Positions 1 to 13,300 of a stretch of DNA of 64,000 bases are shown here, piece after piece; the stretch's first letter is position 1; every line of letters starts with the position of its first letter. Where the stretch lies: NCBI GenBank assembly GCA_025786725.1, contig JAHLTZ010000013.1:604899-668898 (forward strand), read 5' to 3'. This stretch comes from Syncephalis fuscata S228 (taxonomy: Eukaryota > Fungi > Zoopagomycota). Below the pieces are notes generated by a model. It ran no database searches. It saw only the letters and a list, made by a program, of their open reading frames with translations, and was not told where the DNA came from. The translations under genes were made by a program, and so were the position numbers.

Positions 1-401
1 TGAATGGCTTTACTTGTTCGTTATCAGCACAAACATCCGGCTTTAGTAGAGCAAGTGTTAATTGAAGCGAGGACGGTGTCGTAGACGGTATAGCCGTATC
101 TTTTATACTACGCGTAATCATTGTATTTAATTGTCTATGCTGACCCATTCCACTACGACATAAACGCCACATTGTAACTAATTGTTGAAACGGCAATAAT
201 ACACCAATACTGTATAGAATAAAAATAAACATAAAATAAAATAGTAAAGTGTTAATATTATTTAATCAAGTGTTATAATAATTATTAGGATCCGAATCTA
301 CCCGTATTAAGTGGTATGGATTAGCGCACAATCTGCTGATATCTATCTACAACACTCTCCTTTTTCGTTTGATCATTCAAGAAAGTGCTTCTTTGTGAAT
401 C

Positions 402-662
402 ATGTCAGCTCTTAACAAGTTCAACCACTTGATTGTGAACTCACTGTTCCGCCGTAATTCTGTGTTTCTTACCGGTATATTTGTCGGTGCTTTTGCCTTT
501 GAGATTGGCTATGATGGCGTGACAGAGCGTATCTGGAAGCGATTGAATCAAGGGGTAAGTTTGCTATGGATCCCAACAGCTCTACTCGTAACTATAGTAT
601 AGTATTAACGCGTTTAAATCTAGCGTACCTGGGATGATATCAAGGATCGTTATACTGCTTAG
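402..662 (+). CDS. QCR9: Cytochrome bc1 complex subunit 9; 2 exons (402-554, 624-662)
   Basis: MSALNKFNHLIVNSLFRRNSVFLTGIFVGAFAFEIGYDGVTERIWKRLNQG joined by a GTAAGT..TAG intron (555-623) to RTWDDIKDRYTA*. Matches the QCR9/UQCR10 pattern FRRN..F...IF.GAF.FE...D......W...N.G..W.DIK. Confidence 0.93.
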
Positions 663-1204
663 ATTTCCATCTAACAACAACAACAACTATAAATACAGCG
701 AAAATGAATAACATGACTACATATCGTGTGATTTACTATTTCAATGAACATTTTAGTTACTATTGTCTATTTATGTTACAATCAAGTGATGGATGTTCAT
801 TATATTTACCATGAAATGTATACACACACATATATATAGCCACAAATACATAGAAAAGTATATGATGTTTGATAGAGCGTTATAATGATTGTAAATGAAC
901 CAATAACTGTATTGCTTCGTGTTAACACCACATCTCTGTAACAATACAGGTGGATAGTTGATAGAAGAGAACGACAAGACTTTTATTCTATTAATAATAC
1001 ACGACTACTATTCTACACAGTATATTACACTCTACTGGTGTGAGTACACCCTTATTGTTCTGTTGACTACACACATTCTATTCTATTCATTCTGAAGTAA
1101 GCGTAGTTACTCCGTCTATACCTGTTACTGCTACTGCGCTTGTGCTTGTTGTTCTTGTTCTATTAAATAGTACGCAGTCTTGTTTGTCTATAGTGTATTT
1201 ATCT

Positions 1205-4062
1205 ATGCAGCGTTATAGTTCTCGTCGTCATCAGTACCAGTACAGTAGTACGCCACCGCGAAAGACAAAATCACTCCATGCTCGACGTCGCCACTGGCTT
1301 CCACTATTTATTGCCCCACCACGGCCCCGTCTAGTCATTAGTACAGCGTCGCCGCCTATCGACTATTCCAAGCACTCATGGTCTCTCTCGTCTCCTCACT
1401 CTTCTTCTGACTCCTCTTCCTTTCCCTCCCCTTCCGCTCAGCAACCGACGACTGCCATGCCATGGCTCAACAGTCACAGACCCATCAATATACTGTTAGA
1501 TACACCGCCAGCCATTGATTCTCCCTATTTGGCATCCAATTCATCACAGCCATCTATTCTACTATCAAGTAATAGACATAGTCGCCAAGAAAAGGAAGAG
1601 GCTGCAGAAGAAGAGGAGGAGGAAGAGTCTGATAATGAAGATAATGAAGAAATCAATGTACGGCGTCCATTGTTGGGAAAATTATCTCATCAACCAAAAC
1701 GTCATCAAAATGATGGTAATAATTATGCGGTTTCAGAAGATTTAGTTACAAAACCTTTAGTAAAATTGTATCGACGAGGGAATAATGAAATGAAAGCTAG
1801 TTATGCAGTTATTTATTCACCACTTTATACACCTATCAATACATCAACGTCTATTGCTATTCCATCTATTAAGAGTTCTATGGATGGACGTCATAAGGGA
1901 TCTAGTGCTAGAATAGGTATGTCAGCATCACCTAGATCATCTGTGCCGGCTGTACCGGCAACGGATGAGGAGGGAACACTGAGACGGTCAACAAGACGAA
2001 AGCGTAAAGGGCGTAAGCGACAAGTAGATTTACGAATGAGTGTATTTCAACCACTTCCCAATGAATTAGAAAGTTGGCAGGTAAGTAAATAGTCCAGTAA
2101 CATTGATAGATACTAATTAATATTTGCTTGGTTAGACAGAAGTTGTTAGTTGTACACCATTTCATGCGCCTGTTAATAGCCGCGACTTTAACTCTAAAGT
2201 GGATAGAGTCAAGATGGCTATTAATAATAATATACAACCGGAGAGAAATGCGCAAGGGTCATCCGGATCGTATTTCTGTAGAATGTTGTTACCAAATAGT
2301 GATGAGGTGTCTACACGTTATCGATATGCGTTAGATCATAGAGATCCACCATTACAACGTACGCAAGTAGTGGGTATATTCAAACCAAAGAATGAAGAAC
2401 CATATGGACATTTAAATCCCAAATGGACTAAATGGCTACACCGTAACTGTTTCCCCTGTTTCTTTGGCCGTAGTTGGTAAGTAATATATACATAACTATA
2501 TAAATATGTAAATTATTAATGATGCTAATATGTTTTTAGTTTGATTCCTAATTTGGGATATTTATCAGAATCGGCAGCATTTCTACTTGATCAAAGACTA
2601 GGATTGAATATTGTGCCACATACTAATATTGCTCATTTAGCATCTACTTCATTCTATTATGGGAAGCGTAGACGTAGAAGAGCGAATAGAGAGCACAATG
2701 AGGAGGGAATGACTAGTACGGGGAATGACTATTTACCGCAAAAGATTGGTAGTTTTCAATTATTTGTTGATGGCTATGAAGATGCCGACAAGTTCTTCTC
2801 TAATCATCCCTGGACTGAGGATGATGCACCTGAAGTAGATCCAGCAGTTGATTATACCAAGAAGAATGCAACTGCTGAATTTAGATGGTCAGCGTCTATT
2901 AAAAAGCAATTTCAAGAAGAATTTGAGAAATTAGTGATATTAGACTATCTAATGCGTAATACAGGTGAATAGATAGTATTGATTGCAAATTGTCAATGTA
3001 TTTATTAGTATATTTGTAGATCGTGGTATGGATAATTGGATGATCAAGTGGTGTATGGCACCTGATGAACATCCAGCTGGTTGGTGTACTACAAGTGAAG
3101 AAGATTGTAGTCAATTACATACTACTGCCACTACTACTGCTGCTGCTGCCACTAATCATTATAATGTACAATCTGATATTATATTTAATGATCACTCAAG
3201 TGATCATACGTCAAAGCAGGCTACTAGATCATTGCGTAATACAAATAGTGATTTAATTACACCAGAGTATTTATCTGGTCCATCTACAGCATCACCATCT
3301 AATAGTACACGTCCTCATTTACATATTGCCGCTATTGATAATGGATTGGCCTTTCCGTGGAAGCATCCAGATGAATGGCGCTCTTATCCATTTGGTTGGC
3401 TTAGTCTGCCTTCTAGTATTATAGAGAGACCATTTTCGGAATTTACTCGACAGGCGATGCTAACTAAATTGACGAATCATCGATGGTGGGAGCGTACAGT
3501 GCAGTCACTCCACGCGCTATTCCGTCAAGATGAAGACTTCAACGAACGTATGTTTCATCGCCAATTATCGGTAATTAAAGGACAGGCTTGGAATTTGGTA
3601 GAGTGCCTAAGGGATCCGACGAAAGGCCCAGTTCATCTGTGTGATATGGTGGCCGTGGCAGTTATTGAGGAAGAGGTGGATGCGCCGTCACCGCTACCGG
3701 TAGATCCGAACCACCCGCCAGCCATACCGCTTACTGAACAGCAACTGGATGGAGATGGAGAGGAGGGTGGTGAATCACCGCCAAGGCCGCCGCATTCACT
3801 AGCTCGGTTAAAGGAGTCACGGTATAGACGTAGTGTCCATAGTTTGAGAAGTGCGACGAGTAATCGGTCACAGCACAGTAGACGTAGTAATCGCAGTGGC
3901 CACGCTGCAGCCACCGCTACCGCTACTGGTACTTATCATGGGGCGTTGCCGCCTAACTATTTTGATGCACCGGCAGCAACAACAAGAACCCGACGGCGAC
4001 AACGTGTAAAAGAACGACTACAATTTCTCACACAAATACGACCTTGTTTTACATGGTGTTAA
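1205..4062 (+). CDS. LSB6: Type II phosphatidylinositol 4-kinase (Lsb6/PI4K2); 4 exons (1205-2080, 2136-2476, 2540-2964, 3020-4062)
   Basis: Spliced product contains QGSSGSYF, VGIFKPKNEEPYGHLNPKWTKW, CFFGRSCLIPNLGYLSESAA, KIGSFQLF, LDYLMRNTDRGMDNW and AAIDNGLAFPWKHPDEWRSYPFGW. GT-AG introns keep the frame. Start codon uncertain (low-complexity N-terminus). Confidence 0.92.
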
Positions 4063-4454
4063 TATTACAAGTTGTTAGTGCTGATGATCCTGTTTGTTAT
4101 TCATATTAGTTGGTTGATTGATCAATAGTGTTTTTATTTTATTGATAAAGTAAATGATTAAATTGATCTATTGATTGGTGGCATTAATGGGATATGCATT
4201 AATGCAGCGGCTGGTGCATGCACCTAGCTGAAAACCAAGCATTAATAATGCCCCTTGTTTGTATATAGCATGGCCATACTGCTGACAGTAAGATGAATGT
4301 CGCCGCCTTGTTTGTTAAAAGTCTGGCCTATGCCCGTGGCAAGTTCATGTTTCACACAACAAGCACCAAATTGTACGCAATTTAGGCGCCATCGGTGCAC
4401 AATTGAACGTGGGGCCGGATGGTGCGCAATGTGAATGATTTGATTGTTTGATTA

Positions 4455-4640
4455 TATTGTGATTGGGTCTCAAATGACTATAGCCAATAAAATTCGCGCA
4501 ATTGAACTAGACATTCTTTCTATTGAAAATGAAACTAGGTGGTGAGTGACGTCAGTCATCAAAATATTTATTATCATAGATTTATTATCCAATATACATA
4601 CTGAATATATGCATATATCCTTTATCATTGCCATTTATAC
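4455..4640 (+). repeat. Diverged solo copy of the foldback-arm repeat family
   Basis: CAAATGACTA..TTCGCGCAATTGAACT..CTATTGAA..GTGGTGAGTGACGTCAGTCATCAAAATA resembles the arms at 58103-58350 and, reverse-complemented, 45640-45875 and 58905-59154. Confidence 0.75.
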
Positions 4641-4689
4641 TTTTACTATTGTATATCATTTTATAAGTAGAAAAGTAAAAGAAAATATA

Positions 4690-5230
4690 GCCAGTACAGT
4701 TATCGTGTACAACAGTTTTGTATGTACAGTATTAACAGCAGTAGCAGATCGCACTATTATAATGATACTAAAGAGTTGTTCAATGACTATGCTAGCAGTG
4801 CTTTCTACATCATTGCTGTTGTATGTAAACTGCTGCTACATATGACAACTGTGGCGGCTACATACCGCCAAAGTCTTTATATGCTTTGGTTTACTATAGA
4901 TCTGCAATGCTCTATAGTAATGACAAATCAAAAGACAAAATTTACAGCACATATTTAACATAGCATATAAAGAAGCCAGAAATGCACTTACCGTGTCAAT
5001 AAAACTGTCAATACTAGTGATTGGAGTAATGAAGGTAAGATTACAAAAGAGCAATGCAAGTACATAGTGTAGAAGGTGTTTGTACATAACTAGTAGCCAG
5101 TCAACTACTGACACTATTTAGATGGTATATATGGAGTGTACAAGTATATGCAATGGATATATGCTATCAAGTGTGAAGAAAGAGAAAGGGAAATGTGATG
5201 ACGTAGATTGTGAGATGTGAGCCTGTCAGT
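4690..5230 (+). repeat. Diverged dispersed repeat homologous to ~44270-44890
   Basis: Shared blocks such as AACATAGCATA..CAGAAATGC.CTTA.CGTGTCAA..GATTGGAGTAA and AAGTATATGCAATGG..GCT.TCAAGTGTGAAGAAA..CGTAGATTGT. Confidence 0.65.
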
Positions 5231-7246
5231 CAATATTTATAAACAGCCGAGTTTAATTTATCAATAAATGGAGTGTAAATAATAAAAGTCAATCTATCCA
5301 ACATGTCGGTACATCATAAAACAACAAGTGAAGCAATAATGCATTAAGAATAAAAGCTATTTGGTATTAAAACTATTCATTATTATAAAAAATATATTTA
5401 GTATAATAACGAGTATAATAAAAAATATTTTACTACCAAATAATAAGCCATTACCATATAATATGTTTTTAGTAAATAATGAGTTACAATATAAGAAATA
5501 ATAACAAATAATAAAGACAGCTTGCGATAAAATATACTGATTTATTCTATATACTAATAAAAGAGCAATAACAATACATCATAGCGTATTAGTGGTAGTC
5601 TATACACAGTGTAGCAATATATCCTGAATGTTGCATAGAAAAGAACTACAGTGTAGATATTTGTCGTACAGTTTTGTTAGTAAGTAGCACGGTTTATTAT
5701 TAGCTGTCCATCAAGGACTATAGCTATAGTGCTGGGCAGTGAGTTAAATAACGCATGTGGTACTTGTGAAGCTAGTAAAACACATTTACTCCTGATAAGG
5801 CGAGATAATAAGTACAGGCCAAGCATGAACAATAGCATGGCATGCATAAGCAACTAGCATGGCGAGCATGATCAACTGCGTATAACGTCTATTTCTATGC
5901 GCTGTAATGTCATTTATTATTTCATGAACAGTTAGTGACTTTGTATAAAACAAATATACCATTGTTCAAGGTTCGGGGCCATTGTATTCAGCCCAAATAT
6001 CTAACAGCTAAATATATCCATTGCTTGATTAGTGTAACCAACTATCTTGCACTTAACGGAGGGACTATCTGGTGTAACGAACAGCAACTTGAAACGTCTT
6101 GCCAACCTATATTCAATATGTATTCTACTATACACAGGTGGGTGCCTTGACAACCTACCATGTTGTACTTGTTTTACTAGCAAGTATTATTAGATTTGTT
6201 ACTGATTGCTGGTGATGATATGTCATGTTACTACCACGTGCCGGCGTCGTGGATGTGTGACGCTACCGTGTGATGCCTCATTTGATTTCTAATGGTAAAG
6301 ATATGACGACCCGACCACGATAATGACTATATGGAGATAGTAATAGCGATTGCGGTAACGAGTTTTCCCGTAAATATATCCGGTACTTCAGCGGCCGAGT
6401 ACGTGACACTGATGGACACTATAAAATTCACAGCTGGTTAAGTATTATAGGAGATGTATATAGTGTGGTATATACTGTGGGTATGTTTCTCCTTTCTCCC
6501 CCGTTTCCCTTTCGAACTTTGTTGTCTCTTGTAGCCACGACTATCCTTATTTGAGCAAACGAAAGTGAGGGACGGCCTCTGAACGACTCCACCACCACCA
6601 CCACCTATTCTTGTACTTATTACTACAAACGACAACCAGACAGACAAACAAGGGGGCATCATCATTTGCATGAATTAAAACATTGAAACAAGTCGGTTTA
6701 TTTGATCCAGCCGGTTAGTTTTATTTCGATACAAGAGCCCGCTACACAGGCCAGTATTTTGCAGCTATTGTCCAAGCCCCGTTTTCTGGTTATTTGAATA
6801 GGGACGCCAGTTTTACCGGTACGTGTCTATATAGTTCTGTGCTTGCGCGTGGTCCTTGTTGGCCATATGGATAAATAGCTAAAAGCGGCCTGAAGAGTCT
6901 TTTTTTCTTTCCGTATTGCTCTATTAATTTTACCATTCATTTTCTTTTGCTTCACCGGTGGGACAAAAGTATTGCAGCCTAAATAGCTTGGCATATTTAT
7001 CTACACGAACATTTTCTTTACTAGGCCTTTTGCTTTTCTTTTTATTGCCTACTCTCTTTTTTTCCCTATTGCCAGTCAGTCTCAGTGCTGCTTAATAGTG
7101 GTGACCTTTCGTGGCTGCCATAAAACGGTCATACACAACCTAACCTATCTTTCTCTACCTTCTATAACGAGTAGTACTACGTATCTAATCAAAATTTTTT
7201 TATTATTTAAAGAACATTTATACGTATCTACGTACACGATATCATA

Positions 7247-9817
7247 ATGAAATTCGAACGACAGCTCGAACTTAACGCAAATCCCGACTGGATTGATTAT
7301 TACATCAAGTAAGTATTATATTATAGTCCACTTGGACCAGTATTTAACCGGATATTAATATATGTATTTTATAGTTATGGTCGGCTAAAGAAATTGACCT
7401 ACAAGGAAGAAAAGGTCACTTCAGAACTACGATCGACAGGCAGTCTTGAACAAGGACTTGAATCGCCAGGATGTCCGTCTAAAACACTTATGACGTTCCA
7501 AGATGCGGTCGAACAAGAATTAGGCCATGTTGTATCGTTCTACCAAGCAACTGAATCATCACTTTATGAACGTCTCGACCAGTTGACCCGCCATTGTTTG
7601 GAAGAAAAGACCCGTCGTGAAATTGAAGCCGATGAATCGAATACTCCGTATATTCATCCACATTGGTGGGAAGGCGGCTGGACAGACGCACAAGTACCCA
7701 TGGCTGAAGCACGTAAAAATGATACTTTGAGTGCGCCTTCTCATACAATTAGCGGTATTACCGAAGAAGATATTCATTCTGACACTTATACCATTGCCTC
7801 GGCACGCCATATGGGCCAGTTACGTTCCGGCCTTTCATCACCCACCGTATCGATGCATGGTGGCGCTTCGGACGATGACGAACTAAAGGATGAAGCCCGT
7901 CAATTGTTTATGCAACTATCAGAATTGGAACGTTACGCGCAGCTTAATCGTTCTGGTTTTGATAAGATTCTAAAGAAACACGATAAAGTAATGGGATCAA
8001 CGCTACGTAAATGGTTTATGAATGAACGAGTCGACATGGCACGTCCATTCCAATCTGATACGCAAAGCACTTTGCGTCGTAAAATCCTTCGAGTGGAGGT
8101 TCTTCATGGATTTGCAGCTCGTATTGATAATTCACGTAAAAATGGTACATTGCTACGCCGTTTACTTCGTGATAAAATCACTTTTTCACGCAACACCGTA
8201 TGGCGTGATATGATTAATCGTGAGCGTATGATGTCAACGGTTGATGTTGACTCACCGGAAGATATTGAGGAAGCACTTGAACGGCCACACAATCGTATGC
8301 GGCTCTTTGGACGTGAGCTGCCATTTCCGCGCATTCCACGCAGCTTTATAATTGGTGTGCCATGTGTTATCATTTTTATTGTGTTGCTTTGCCTACCAAT
8401 CATGAATAACTCATCGGAACGCAATTGTCTGGCTCTTCTCGTATTGGCCTCTTTGTTCTGGGCCTTTGAAATTGTACCGCTCTTTGTTACTTCAATGCTA
8501 GTGCCATTCCTCGTTGTTATTTTAGGTGTTATGCGCGATGCTGAGGGCAATGCATTGCCAGCACCAAAAGCAACCAAGACTATTTTTGGCGCTATGTTTT
8601 CACCAGTAATTATGCTATTGCTGGGTGGCTTTGCTATTGCTGCTGCATTTAGCAAATATCATATTGCTCGTAAGATTGCTGCTGTTGTACTTTCCAAGGC
8701 GGGTACACGACCAGAAGTTGTACTTATTTCAAATATGGCAGTGGCCGCCTTCCTCAGTATGTGGATCAGTAATGTGGCTGCACCTGTTCTTTGCTTCTCG
8801 CTACTCGAACCGGTACTTCGTTCTATGCCGTCGACTTCAAATTACGGTAAAAGTCTTGTACTAGGTATTGCGCTTGCCTCAAATGTTGGCGGTATGATGT
8901 CGCCCATCAGTTCACCTCAGAACTTGATTTCGATTGATGTCCAAAAACCATCGCCATCCTGGGGCTCTTGGTTTGCCGTTGCTTTACCCGTGGCCATTAT
9001 ATCGCTATTTGGCGTCTGGGCCTTACTCATGATCACTTATAAGCCACACCGCGAGAAGGACACTGTTGTTACCATTCGTAAATACGATGAAGCATTTGGC
9101 TGGAAACAATATTTTATTATTGCCGTTACTCTATGCACCGTTGTTCTTTGGTGTATCGAGTCACAGCTTAAAAGTTATGTCGGTGATATGGGTGTTTTAG
9201 CTATTATTCCACTTGTTGTATTCTTCGGTTCAGGCCTACTTACCAAGGAGGATTTCAACAATTTCTTGTGGACAGTTATTATGCTTGCTATGGGTGGTAT
9301 TGCCCTGGGTCAAGCTGTTAACAGCTCGGGTCTATTGCACACCATTGCCACGGAGATTAGTGAGGCCGAAAAGGGCTTTTCACTTTGGGCTGTGACGGCA
9401 GTATTTGCTCTTTTAATGGCGGTTATTGCTACATTTATATCGCATACTGTGGCGGCACTTGTCATTCTACCTGTGGTCAATGTCGTCGGCCAGAGTATGC
9501 CAGAGCCACATGCTCGACTAATGGTTATGGTAAGTCTTTAAAGCAGTACAGTGACTATAGTCATTGCTATTTCTTCTAAACATTAACTAACAAATATTTA
9601 TTACTATTAATAGGTCTGCACAATGATTTGTTCCGGTGCTATGGGATTGCCAGTCTCAGGATTCCCCAATATGACGGCTATTATGCTTGAAGATTCAATG
9701 GGTCGTAATTATTTGAAAACGATCGATTTTATCAAAGTTGGTGTACCGGCCACGCTGTTCACTGCATTAGTGTCAGTATCGCTAGGTTACGGTATCTTGT
9801 TGGCTCTTGGATTCTAA
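7247..9817 (+). CDS. PHO91: SPX-domain low-affinity phosphate transporter (Pho87/Pho90/Pho91 family); 3 exons (7247-7308, 7375-9529, 9614-9817)
   Basis: SPX start MKFERQLELNANPDWIDYYINYGRLKKL, SPX motif YAQLNRSGFDKILKKHDK, then DASS-type TM domain with SMWISNVAAPVLC, GIALASNVGGMMSPISSPQN and GAMGLPVSGFPNMTA. Exact paralog (PHO87/90/91) not certain. Confidence 0.92.
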
Positions 9818-10362
9818 AATGTTCATTTCTATAACGTTCTTTCCTTTCTCTTCTACTTACTATAACTTACTTCTTAGCGTTATATTTTTATATCGAATAA
9901 GAAGAATAAATACACAGTTATAACATAATGAGCTATCCATTTTTATTTAATATTTTAACATTGTAATAATTGAGTAATTAAAATATGGATATTTAAATAA
10001 TGTTCATTGTATCGCTTTACTAAAATGGTGAAGATGAGCACAATACACAAATAATGGCAATGGTTTGATAGAAAGCTAGAGTAATGTAATCATATTGCTT
10101 TTTGCTTGGACATCGACAATGAAACCATGTTTATTACTAAAGCTTGCATAGCTGAATAGGTGCAACTAAATTCAGACTTGCTGGTAATATAATGACGCCA
10201 TTGATTAAAAGACGAATAAATCGGGACATTGGCTAGAACTTGGTATACAAATAAGCTGATTGGCAAGTGCCAACTGATCTTGCTCTTGCCGAATATATAC
10301 CTAAATTATATCGGACTAGTAGCCTAGCCATATTACTAATGCTAGCTTCTTGAATGTACCGG

Positions 10363-13300
10363 TTATTCTATGTCTATAAAAATATAACACATGCTATAGA
10401 GTTAATGTATAAACTAGCAATACACAATGCCACTTACTAGCTATTAGTGTTAAGTCGTTGGTATACACGGTAAATATCAGTTAATTAGTACATAATTAGC
10501 TAAGACACAGAATCACTTACGACCTATCAATATTGATTTGTCAATACATATAATGAGCACACAGTTAATGCATGGCTGCTTGCAACAAAATGTCACTTAC
10601 AGCCTATTAGCATTGAGTTTTCGATACAAAAAATAACCATGCAGTTAGCGCATAGCCAATTGATATACGGTGCCACTTACGATCTATTAAGGTTGAGTCA
10701 TTTATAAACACAGTATAAATTATTTAATCAGTGGATAGTTAGCTACCATAAAATCCACGTACTCTCTATTAATGTTAGATTATTGGTAAGGACAATTTAT
10801 AGTATAGAATTAGGATATGGTCAATTAATATACAACATCACTTACGATCTATTAATGTTAAATCATTGGCAGACACAATGCATAGTATGTAATTAGCGCA
10901 TAATCACTTAGTGTAAAACACTACTTACTGCCTATTAATATTAAGTTGTTGATACACACAGTGGCCAATATATAATCAGTGTATAGCTAATTGATATACA
11001 ATGCCACTTACAGCCTATTAAGTTGTCAATGAATACATTAAAGATTATTTAATTAGTATATAATCAATCAATAAACAGTATCACTTACGAGCTATCAATA
11101 TTAATTTGTTGATACACACAATTCATAGCATGGAATTAGTGCATAGTTACTTAATATATAATGTTACATACCGACTATTGGTGTCAATTCGTTGACATAC
11201 ACAGTATATGATAAGCAGTCGATATATAGTCAATTAATAAACAGTATCACTTACTGCCTATTAATATTAATTTTTAATACACATAATGATTACATAATTA
11301 ATTTATGGCTGAGTGCCATAAAATACCGCTTACAGTCTATTAGCATTGAATTGTCAATACACGCAATAAACATTCAATTAGTGCATAGTCAATTGATATA
11401 AAATATTACTTACCATCTATTAATATTAAATTGTTGACAAACAGTAAATGGTGTGCAATTAATGTATAGCCAATTATTATATAATACCACTTACCAACTA
11501 TTGATATTAAATTATTGATAGACACAATACATAGTATGTAATTAGTGCATAATCCCGTAATATACAATACCACTTACTGTCTATTAATATTAAGTTTTTG
11601 GTATACACGGTAGACAGTCTATAATCAGCGTATAAATAATTGACATACAATATCACTTACAGCCTATTGAGTTGTCAGTAAATACAGTATAGATTATTTA
11701 ATTAGTAGTTAGCTAATTGCCATAAAATATCACTTACTCTCTATTAGTGTTAATTTGTTGATACGCACAATCCACAACATATAATTAGCGCATAGCCAAT
11801 TAATGCACGGTGCCACTTACTCTCTATCAATGTTTTAACATTGATAAACACAATACATAACATGTGATCAGTGAAAAGTTATTAATATACAACACTACTT
11901 ACTGTCTATTAATATTATTTGATTGATAAACGTAATGCATAGCATTTAATCAGTGTATATCTAATTGACGCAATATCACTTACCTTCTATTACGTTATTA
12001 ATACATGAAATAATCATGTAATTAGTACAAGCCAATTGATATACAATACCACTTACCCGCTATTGATATTAAGTTGTTAGCAGAAATAATACATAGTATG
12101 TAATTGGTTCATAGTCAATAATATAAAATACTACTTACGCTCTATTATTTATAATATATTAATACATAATTAATAATATAAATGCTACTTACTGCCTATT
12201 ATTATTAATTTGTTGGTATACACAATAAACAGTATTAATCAGTGCATATCCAATTAATATACGATGCCACTTACAAACTATTAATATTGCATTGTTGATA
12301 CAAATAGCCAATAGTATATAATTAGCGCATATTCAATTAGTATATGATGCCACTTACAAACTATCAATATCAAATTGTTGATGCAAATAGCACATAGTAT
12401 ATAATTAGTGTAAAATTACTTATTACATGATTACTTACCGCCTGTTAATATTAAGTTGTTAATACACACAGTAAGCATATAATTAGTGCATAGCCAATTA
12501 CCATACAGTACTACCTACAGTCTATTAAGTTGCCAATAACATATTATAGATTATGTGATTAGTAGATAGCTTATCAATGCACGGCGCCACTTACATTCTT
12601 TTAAGACCAGGTTTTGACCCACATGAAAGATATCATTTAATTAATACGCAGCCAATTAATATACAGTACCACTTACTCTCTATTAGTATTAGATTGTGGA
12701 CGCATACAATAATAATATAATTAGTAAATACTCAATTGCTATACAATACCGCTTACCATCTATAGCATTAGGTTGTTAATACGTACAATATTCAATAAAT
12801 GATTAGTGCATAGCTGGTACATATAAAATATCACTTACAGTCTATTGTCAATAAACATATTATAGGTTGTGTAATTAGTAGATAACCGATTAATCCACGG
12901 TGCCACTTACAAGCTATAAGCATTAAATTGTTGACCCACACAATAGATATCATTTAATTAATACCCAGTCGATTGATATACAGTACCACTTACCAGCTAT
13001 TGATATTCAATCATCGATACACACAATGCATAGAATGTAATTAGTGCATAACCATCTAATATACAATACCACTTACTGCCTATTGATATTGATTCGTTGA
13101 TAAATACAGTGGACAGTATATAATTAGTGTATAACTAACTGACATACAATACCACCTACATTCTATTAATTTATTGATAAACACCACAAATGTCACGTAA
13201 TTAGTGTATAATCACTAAATATATCATGCCACCTACTTTCTATTAACATTAAATTGTTGATACACGCAGCGCATATCATGTAGTTAGCTTATATTTAATT

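Noticed and set aside
6235-6240. CACGTG (Pho4-type E-box) ~1 kb upstream of the phosphate transporter
   Set aside because: A single 6-mer is expected by chance; another occurs at 20418 near unrelated genes.
8104-8655. Antisense ORFs over real genes (also 3633-3914, 15051-15269, 22256-22576, 30177-30455, 42305-42589)
   Set aside because: Shadow frames of well-supported genes on the opposite strand.
11192-11401. 69-aa plus-strand ORF inside the array
   Set aside because: Chance ORF antisense to the microexon introns; non-ATG start and no protein-like features.
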